Source: the human T2T-CHM13v2.0 reference genome, Homo sapiens
DNA length: 64,000 bases
Direction: 5' to 3' (one strand)
Assembly (NCBI RefSeq): GCF_009914755.1
Contig: NC_060936.1
Of the stretch, positions 56,334-64,000 are shown in pieces (within the stretch, counting starts at the first letter, position 1; each line of letters begins with the position of its first letter). The position numbers and the translations under genes are program-made. Below the pieces are notes generated by a model. The model was not told the origin of the DNA, did no database searches, and worked only from the letters and a program-made list of their open reading frames with translations.

Positions 56334-56368
56334 GTCACGTGAGGCCGATTCCTGGAAAGTTCCTGGAA
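56334..56368 (+). promoter_or_regulatory. E-box plus tandem STAT5 (GAS) response element
   Basis: GTCACGTGA at 56334-56342, then TTCCTGGAA at 56349-56357 and again at 56360-56368. This matches the known GH/STAT5b-responsive architecture of SOCS2. Confidence 0.88.
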
Positions 56369-56399
56369 AGCCGCCTCCGCAGCAGCCGGGCGGGGCGCG

Positions 56400-56669
56400 A
56401 GCGGAGCGCTGACTGGGGAGGGAGGCGGGGAGCAAGGGAGGCGCGTCGGTCTGGGAAGTCGCGCGCACTCGCTGCTCCTGGGACCGACGTTTAACTCTTG
56501 CCAAGTCTCGTCGCAGCCGCCGCGGCTGGCGGGCCTTGGGCTTCCCCTGAAGCATGAGCCCTCTCGCCCGCAGCCACCCTCACCGCGTGGCCCGCGGACA
56601 GTGCGCGCCGGGGTCCCGGGTGCACAGCCTCAGGATACCCCGTGCCCGCAGCTCGGGCGCCCGCGGCAG
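56400..56669 (+). other. SOCS2: Candidate alternative SOCS2 5' UTR exon (start approximate)
   Basis: Donor CAG|GTACCG at 56670, just downstream of the E-box/STAT5/GC-box cluster. Confidence 0.5.
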
Positions 56670-57249
56670 GTACCGGTAGTGGGGGAAGCCCGAAGGCTCC
56701 GCCCCGAGGAGAGTTACCGGGGAGGGCGGCGAGGCGCGGCCGCGTGCGCCGGGGAGCGGCGGACGGCCTGGGCTTCCGCAGCTCGGAGCGCCGGGGAAGA
56801 GAGAGTCCGAACCGCGGCTCTGCCCCGCGGCCTAGCGTTGCTGCCTGCTTTCTCCAGCCCCTTCTCGGCGTCTGGAAGTGTCTGGAGTTTCTTTTTTTTA
56901 TTTCCCCTAAACTGCCATTCAAATTAATAATCCTCCTAATAACCTGATCTCCCGCTCCTCCCCACCGGCCTGCCTCCCGCCCTCGCTCCTTCCTCCCTCC
57001 CTCCCTCTCTCCTTCCCACCTCCAGGGTCGCAGCCGGAGGGAAACCCGGCAGCAGTCCGAGGGTGGAGGTGTCCCAGCCCGTAGGGGGCGTCGCCGCGCG
57101 GTGGGGGATGGGGTCGAGGCAATGATCCTCGAGGCTTTTGTGTGCCCTCTGCGCACGGAACTCCGACCGCCGCCTCCGAGCGCGGGGCTGGTTGCATCCC
57201 CGGGCATCTCGTTCCCAAATTAAACGTTAACGGGGGAAACAAGGGCAGA

Positions 57250-57367
57250 CGCCCCTCCTCTCCCGGGCCCCTCCCACCTCCCCTTTTCCCCCCACCCCCC
57301 CGCCCCATGTCCGCTGAGGAGGCTGCCTGGTGCGGAGGCGGCGGCGGCGGCCGCGGCCGAGGTCGAG
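57250..57367 (+). other. SOCS2: Candidate alternative SOCS2 5' UTR exon containing (GGC)5 (start approximate)
   Basis: Strong donor GAG|GTAAGA at 57368. Confidence 0.55.
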
Positions 57368-58350
57368 GTAAGAGCGCGGCGTTGGTGGTTTGCATTTTCC
57401 GCAGCGCTCGCGACCGCCCGCTCGGCCCCGGCCTCGCCTCGGAGCCCCGCGAGGGCTGCGCGCTCGGGCCGATTCCTCGACAGCGCCCGCGGCGGCGAGA
57501 ACCACCGCAGCCATCCTGGTCCGGGAGCGACCGCCGCGGCACCCCCAACCCCGCCAGAGCGGGCACCAGGAAGCGGGGGGAGGGGAGCGAGGAGCCTCCC
57601 GGGCGGAGATGCGGCAGCTCCCGCACCTCCGCACCCCGGGTTGGTGCCTCGGGGCCCCGCAGCGCTTTAGGGCGGAGAACCAAGTTTGTGTGGGTGCTTC
57701 TTCCTGGGGGCCCTCGGGCTGCGCCAGGTGTGAGACCGGAATGCCAATTTGGGGAATCTCTCCTGTTCTTTCCTTTTTAATTTTTTCTACTTGTCCTTGA
57801 CAAGGGCCTATTCCCACTGGATCTGCAGGTGACTATTTGCTCTTCCTAGGTCGCCAGTCTTTGATTTCAGCTAGTGACCCTGGGCGGGAAGACACCCTGT
57901 TCACCCTCCTCCTGACCTCCGCCCCCCACCTCTTCAGCCAACTTTATCTTGGATCTCTGCTCTCTTTATCTTTTCTCTAGAGCTGGGCCAGGGCGCTAAC
58001 TGGAAGCTTGGGGTTAAATGGTGCAGGAACGTAGAGGCGGAGGAGTCCCTGGGATTTTCCACGTCTATTTCCCCACCCCCACCCCAGCCGCAGGGGTCCA
58101 GTTTGGACTGACCCAACCTCCCGCTTTCTCTTTGTAGGCGATCAGTGGGTGACCGCGGCTGCGAGGGACTTTGTCATCCGTCCTCCAGGATCTGGGGAGA
58201 AAGAGCCCCATCCCTTCTCTCTCTGCCACCATTTCGGACACCCCGCAGGGACTCGTTTTGGGATTCGCACTGACTTCAAGGAAGGACGCGAACCCTTCTC
58301 TGACCCCAGCTCGGGCGGCCACCTGTCTTTGCCGCGGTGACCCTTCTCTC

Positions 58351-58489
58351 ATGACCCTGCGGTGCCTTGAGCCCTCCGGGAATGGCGGGGAAGGGACGCG
58401 GAGCCAGTGGGGGACCGCGGGGTCGGCGGAGGAGCCATCCCCGCAGGCGGCGCGTCTGGCGAAGGCCCTGCGGGAGCTCGGTCAGACAG
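58351..58489 (+). CDS. SOCS2: SOCS2 coding exon 1 (codons 1-46 plus 1 nt)
   Basis: ATG at 58351 reads MTLRCLEPSGNGGEGTRSQWGTAGSAEEPSPQAARLAKALRELGQT, the SOCS2 N-terminus. Donor CAG|GTAGGG at 58490. The exon acceptor is TTTCTCTTTGTAG|G at 58138. Confidence 0.98.
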
Positions 58490-60171
58490 GTAGGGAGCCG
58501 ATCGGCCGCGACGCGTGCGGGAGGGAGCGCCTCCCCAAGGAAGCAGCTAGGAAGCGGGGTCGAGGTGGGAAGCAAAGAATAAGATGGAAATACGTCCCTT
58601 GCTTCCAAGGGACCGCGGAGAGCACGCTCGCAGGGTCCTGGGTCCTTGGGAATGCGTAAGGAAAGTGGTTCTCCAGGGACTCAGGCCTGGCGGAGCGCAG
58701 AGCGCGGGAAGGGCTTCTTGGAAATAGCTTCTTAGCACGCTGGAAGATTTACTGTTTTCCGCAGCTGCTCAGGGTTAGGCTCCCGGGCTCGAACCCCGGC
58801 CGGGGAAAGCGTCGGGCGCCTCCCTTTGCACGGGGTGCAATCAGCAAGTCGGTGCCGCGGGCCCCGCAGGCCCAGCAGCATCTGGCTCCCGGGCGGAGCT
58901 GCGGCTGCAGCCCAGGATCTTGGCGGCCAAGTTCAGGGACTGACACTGCCGCGAGGGCGGCTGCCCGGGCGTCGAGAGTAGGCTGCGAAGCCCCCGCCGA
59001 GCGCGGCTTCCATGGTCGGCGCGCCCAGGGTACTGCCGCTTTCAAGTACAGTCAGGCAATTCGCGCGGCACGCTGTCTCTAGGCATCTGAAAAAAGAAAA
59101 AAGAAAAAAAGTAAAGTATCTGGCAAATCATTCTGGCTTTCCAAATCCGTATCCTAAAAGCTTACAGTTGTGGCACAGTTGAAATTTTGGTAGCAACAGG
59201 GGGAGGGAGAGGGAAAAGTTCTCTCGCTTGCGATTCCGGTCTTTCCGTGTGGGCCACGGGCTTTCCCTCCCGGGGAGGCACCGGCAGATTGCAAGTATCC
59301 CGGTAATTGTGGGGGTGGGGGGAGCACAAATGTTCAGACTTCTTAAATACGGACGGTCTCTGAGCCTTCTTAGAAAGCAGAGTGGGCCGGGGAGATGGTG
59401 CAGGCAGATGAAATCAAGAATGCAGGGGAGACGGATGGTTGTGATTGGGTTTGGATTAGGGCAAAGTTCAAAAGAGTTTAGGGAAGATTGTAAACTTGAA
59501 GTAGTAATTATCACTTGGGAATTCCCATTTCTTAGTGACTGGTAAGGTAGTCATAAAGCAGCGAACAGAAGCTATTGTACTAGAGCTGTGCTTTTACAAC
59601 AAGTACATAGCAGTGCTTTCTACATAGAAGGCTGTTCATAGCAGGCTTTGCAGATTCTTTTTTTTTTTTTTTTTTTTTTGGTGGGGGGCACACCAACCAT
59701 CCAAAAAAGTTGCTTCTGTTTTTACTGTAGTTCAATTACAGGAGTTGGGTTTTCCACTTTTTAAAGGGCATGGCTTTTATTTCTAACTTCTGATTTTTTT
59801 CTAATTTACCTAAATCTTTATTTTACTTAAATAATGTTAAAAGTGTCATGCTTCATCAGCCAGTGTGTCACGCTGCAGATGTTCTTTTGGTTCATTAGAA
59901 GAAAATCTTAAGAAGAGCTTCAGAAAGTTAATTTTTTAAAAAAGAAAGAAAACTGGCTCGCAGTTTGTGTTCATAAAATGGACCCAAATTTTTATTAAAT
60001 TCCTACTGAAAGTATTTGTGGTGGCCCTGGTAAACTTTCGCTCACACACCACCTTTTTTTTTTTCTTTTTTAGAGCTAAAAAAATTATTGCCAATTACTT
60101 GCTCTGTTCTAAGAATTCTTATAATAACTGTTTTACCCTCTTTTCTTTTTCTTTTTGAACAAAAACCCCAG

Positions 60172-60629
60172 GATGGTACTGGGGAAGTATGACTGTTAAT
60201 GAAGCCAAAGAGAAATTAAAAGAGGCACCAGAAGGAACTTTCTTGATTAGAGATAGCTCGCATTCAGACTACCTACTAACAATATCTGTTAAAACATCAG
60301 CTGGACCAACTAATCTTCGAATCGAATACCAAGACGGAAAATTCAGATTGGACTCTATCATATGTGTCAAATCCAAGCTTAAACAATTTGACAGTGTGGT
60401 TCATCTGATCGACTACTATGTTCAGATGTGCAAGGATAAGCGGACAGGTCCAGAAGCCCCCCGGAACGGCACTGTTCACCTTTATCTGACCAAACCGCTC
60501 TACACGTCAGCACCATCTCTGCAGCATCTCTGTAGGCTCACCATTAACAAATGTACCGGTGCCATCTGGGGACTGCCTTTACCAACAAGACTAAAAGATT
60601 ACTTGGAAGAATATAAATTCCAGGTATAA
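60172..60629 (+). CDS. SOCS2: SOCS2 coding exon 2 (SH2 domain and SOCS box); full CDS 597 nt, 198 aa
   Basis: Polypyrimidine tract and CAG|G acceptor at 60171/60172. Phase-1 join gives GWYWGSMTVNEAKEKLKEAPEGTFLIRDSS (SH2) through SLQHLCRLTIN...LPLPTRLKDYLEEYKFQV* (SOCS box). 139+458=597 nt. Confidence 0.98.
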
Positions 60630-62200
60630 ATGTTTCTCTTTTTTTAAACATGTCTCACATAGAGTATCTCCGAATGCAGCTATGTAAAAGAGAACCAAAA
60701 CTTGAGTGCTCTGGATAACTATATGGAATGCTTTCTAAGAACAGCTGAAGCTAATCTAATTTAAATTTAACAGCTTGAAGAGGTAGCTAGGTGTTTAAAG
60801 TTCCTCCAGATACTTTTACCTGAGTGATGCTTCCCTTCCTAAGGCTGACCAAGACCTGTTGATCCTTTTAGATTAAAAATAAAATGTCGCATGTAAAGGC
60901 TGAAGTCGCGTTTTATCAGAATGCCTTGCCTTCTTAGGTTCTTTTCCATTATGTCAAAGGTCCAGGCTCCAGTAGGAGAGAAAGAACTCCTCATAGGAAT
61001 ACTGAAGAAGTGGGAAGGAACCAAGCTGACACAGGCCTCACTGCAATTTGATATGCCTGCTGATCAGAGTCTCTTGGGCATTTTATATTTTGCATTCTGA
61101 TGTACCTAGGAGTTTTGTTAAACAGATGATGTATGTGAGTATTTATCCCATTTTATGCAATTAACCAAATCAACCAAAAAAAGTGACCATGAAGTCCTGT
61201 ATTTGTCTTTTTACTACATGTAGGAACTCTCATGTGAATGAGTACTGTAGTAATCCATTCTATGGGAGCCTTATTTCAGAAATATTTCAAACTGGTGCAA
61301 ATGGAAAAGACTTTCTCTTTTCCTTTAAAGCTAAAGACAAGAATATCATGCTATACAGGTGCAACTCAATCCCCGTTAATAAAAACCAATGTAGGTATAG
61401 GCATTCTACCCTTTGAAATAGCTGTGTCCCAACCTGTTGCCATTGATTTTTTGGAAATGGCTTTAGAAATATCCAAGTTGTCCTTGAATTGTCTAACCAT
61501 GGACATAAACAGTTGTCTCCCTTCTACTGTGTAGAATACTTTGACTTAATTTTCTTCCAGATACAGGGGGATACCTGCCTGTTTTTCAAAGTGTTTATTT
61601 ACTGCTGTTACTATTTGATTAGAATGTATTAAATAAAAAAAACCTGATTTCTACAAGTTGCACTTATTGAGTTCTAGAGAACGTACACTTTCATGGTAAC
61701 AGAGGATTGCCATAAAAACTTACGTCAAGTGAAATAAGCCAATTATTCAACAAAAGGTAGAACATTACTTGCCATTCTGTAAAGTTATGGGCTGTACCTG
61801 CCCCCTTTGCAATTTGGAAAGCATGGTTTAGAAACTACAGGCATTGTCAAGTGGCCGGGTCTTTTATAATTTGAATAGGCATAACACTGATGTCCTCTGT
61901 GTTTCCAAAAACATGGTTTAGAAACTACAAACATTATGACATGGCCAGTCTTTTACAAGTTGAGTAGGCATAATACTAAAGAAAAATACAAAGTTTTGTG
62001 GCCACTTATTTTTTGCTATGTTAGTCTGCATAACTGTTATAAATGTACCATCTTTTCTAGAGTCCAGACATTATTTATTTTATGGCTTTAAAATTTTCCT
62101 GCATAGCTACAATCCTGTGGTGTGTCACCATAAAGGTGGACCCTGTGTGAATGAGAAAATTCAGTTATAAATTGTAATAAAACCTGCTTACTGGATATCT
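60630..62200 (+). other. SOCS2: SOCS2 3' UTR with alternative polyadenylation signals
   Basis: AATAAA at 60878, 61378, 61632 and 62176. AU-rich with several ATTTA motifs and no recognisable interspersed repeat. Exact ends cannot be determined from sequence. Confidence 0.75.
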
Positions 62201-64000
62201 TACCTTATTTTCATGAAGAAGTTGAAAAATGGTTTTGTGCCTGGCAGGAAACATACTATGTATATCCAAACAGCAGAGCCAAACACAAAAGATTGCTAGG
62301 TGTGCCTCAGGAAGAGTTTACTTGTGGCCTAAAACTTCAAGAAAAGCTAGACATTTGGGGTCGGATCTATGATGGGGCCATAACCATTTGATGAGGATGC
62401 TTAGAATCTGTGCTTCATTCACCGTTTTTCTCCCACTGACAACACCTGTTTAGTGTTGGATGTTTGATTTTTCTGGCAAAACTTCTATATGATCAGTGCC
62501 AAGGGGCTTTGTGGAATTTCTTTAAAGGTCTTTTGCCTTTCTATTGTCACTGTTTTGAACACTCTATTTCTCAGTTACTGGGAGTGGGGAGGCAGTTGTG
62601 AGGCATGAGTACCTGTGAAATTGGAAAAAGTTCTGAGTTACTGCTCGCAAGTGACTAATTATGAGAAGGCTGGAGGACAGCACAAACATCTCTGGAGTGT
62701 GCCATGAAACCTATTGCCTTATATTTCAATCTTCCATATTGCAAGTAGGTTGATAAACATCAGGAGGCAATTATTTTTGGTTTTGTTTTGTTTTTTTACG
62801 ATGACTGACATCATTTATTTATTGAGTTTATTGTGAACCAGGTTCTCACTCAGCACTTGTATTATCTCATTTAATTTTCCCAAGAACGAAATGAGCAAAG
62901 TACAATGATGATAGGAGGTTCCCCTCCTGATTTGTGAGTCAAGAGGCATTCCAGGAATATCCTAGCTCTTTTTTTTTTTTTTTCCCCCCGGGAGAGGAAT
63001 TGGGAAGAGCAAATTGCTGCTGAAAATTTCTACATTGATCCAGACAAACAAGTTAGAGCAGGCTGAAAAAGAACCCTTGGTGTTTTTACTGCTGTTCAAC
63101 CAGATCAACTGGAAAAGTATAGATACCTTAATTAGCACTGTGCTCTGTGGGATTCTGGTCAGCCTGGCCCAGTGGTTTTTTTCCCCTGAACACGCCTGAA
63201 AGGGGAGCTCATAATGACTGCTGTGCAGGTGGGCGGGGAGGGGGCTTCCTATTTGATTTAGTGGCTGATCAATGCCAGTTACCAATTATTGGTAGCCCCA
63301 TTTATACATGGTGGAAAAAAAGTACACTTGTCTAAATTATCCTCACCAAAGCCTGGAAGAATATCCAGTGTTTTCTCCCAATGTAGGGCAATTTAGGGCA
63401 TTTGTGAGGATATTTATTATTGTTGTTGTTGAAGAATATGGTATACAAGACTTATATATCCCCAAACTCTGAAAATATTTTGACCTCAGTTTCTGTTCTG
63501 GGCAGAGATGAGGCAGTGCAGTTTTTCATGACCATTACAGTGAGCAGTGGTGATTGCTTTTTAGGGACTTGGAGATTTTTTGGAACTTTGGATAGTGGAG
63601 AAAAAGGCAGTTCAGCTTATGAGATGAGAGGTCTTTTTTGGTGTGTCAGTAAGAAAGTCTTGACTTCATAATAATTATGTAATCCAAATAGGTAACAGAA
63701 TGGGACAGTTGTTTGGGAGTGTTTATTTTCTTGGGAAGGATTTTCTCTGCTTTTAGAAAATTGTACCCTGTTAGGAGGGTAGGAGACAGAGACGTCATCT
63801 TCGTCAAGTAATCCAAAGGATGGAATGTCCTGAGACCAGGCTATGCCCTTCTCAGTTGTGAGTTTAGGCACGGGGTAGGTGGGGTTTGAGTGGCTGTGGT
63901 TATGTCTAACAGCTGGGCTGAAGTCTCCGTCTTTAAGTCGTCCTTTCTATCCTTTAGAGCAAAACAATGTTCTTGTAGGCCTTTCATTTACTTAAGAGGT

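Larger units (their letters stand above)
55150..59330. promoter_or_regulatory. CpG island / bidirectional promoter region of SOCS2 and its antisense RNA
   Basis: Very high GC and CpG density with multiple GC boxes, in contrast to the CpG-poor flanks. Confidence 0.93.

Noticed and set aside
58171-58659. 162-aa unspliced ORF
   Set aside because: Read-through across the SOCS2 donor at 58490 from a non-ATG start. Only 58351-58489 is established CDS.
55682-59082. Many long overlapping Arg/Gly/Pro-rich ORFs on both strands (up to 254 aa)
   Set aside because: Expected from stop-codon scarcity in a CpG island; no recognisable domains.
60189-60629. 146-aa ORF as a stand-alone gene
   Set aside because: It is the last coding exon of SOCS2. 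The true frame starts at the acceptor (60172) and joins the upstream exon.

Overview
Human (or great-ape) genomic DNA at the SOCS2 locus. Positions 1-54.6 kb are repeat-dense upstream DNA. They hold about 35 Alus, MaLR/ERV LTRs, a truncated MER31-type provirus, a 4.4-kb L1PA nested in an older L1M, hAT/Tigger DNA transposons, a tailless U2 snRNA retrofragment and a processed RBMX/RBMY-family pseudogene. Positions ~55.1-59.3 kb form a bidirectional CpG island containing alternative SOCS2 5' exons, an E-box plus tandem STAT5 element, and the probable start of the antisense lncRNA SOCS2-AS1. The SOCS2 CDS is join(58351..58489,60172..60629), 198 aa, followed by a 3' UTR with several poly(A) signals. 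I see no evidence of a wholly new multi-gene system. The most interesting leads are: (1) the retrocopy carries RBMY-type indels but RBMX-like residues and is age-bracketed by nested transposons, so it may be an autosomal fossil of ancestral Y-linked RBMY mRNA; (2) three alternative first exons each deliver an ATG into the shared exon in a different frame, and a second acceptor could give an N-terminally extended 274-aa SOCS2; (3) there is a tandem RORE plus NBRE cluster and a locus-wide STAT5 motif cluster; (4) the ERV may be APOBEC3-hypermutated; (5) there are two old local duplications. Repeat subfamily names come from recalled consensus sequences and need RepeatMasker/Dfam confirmation.
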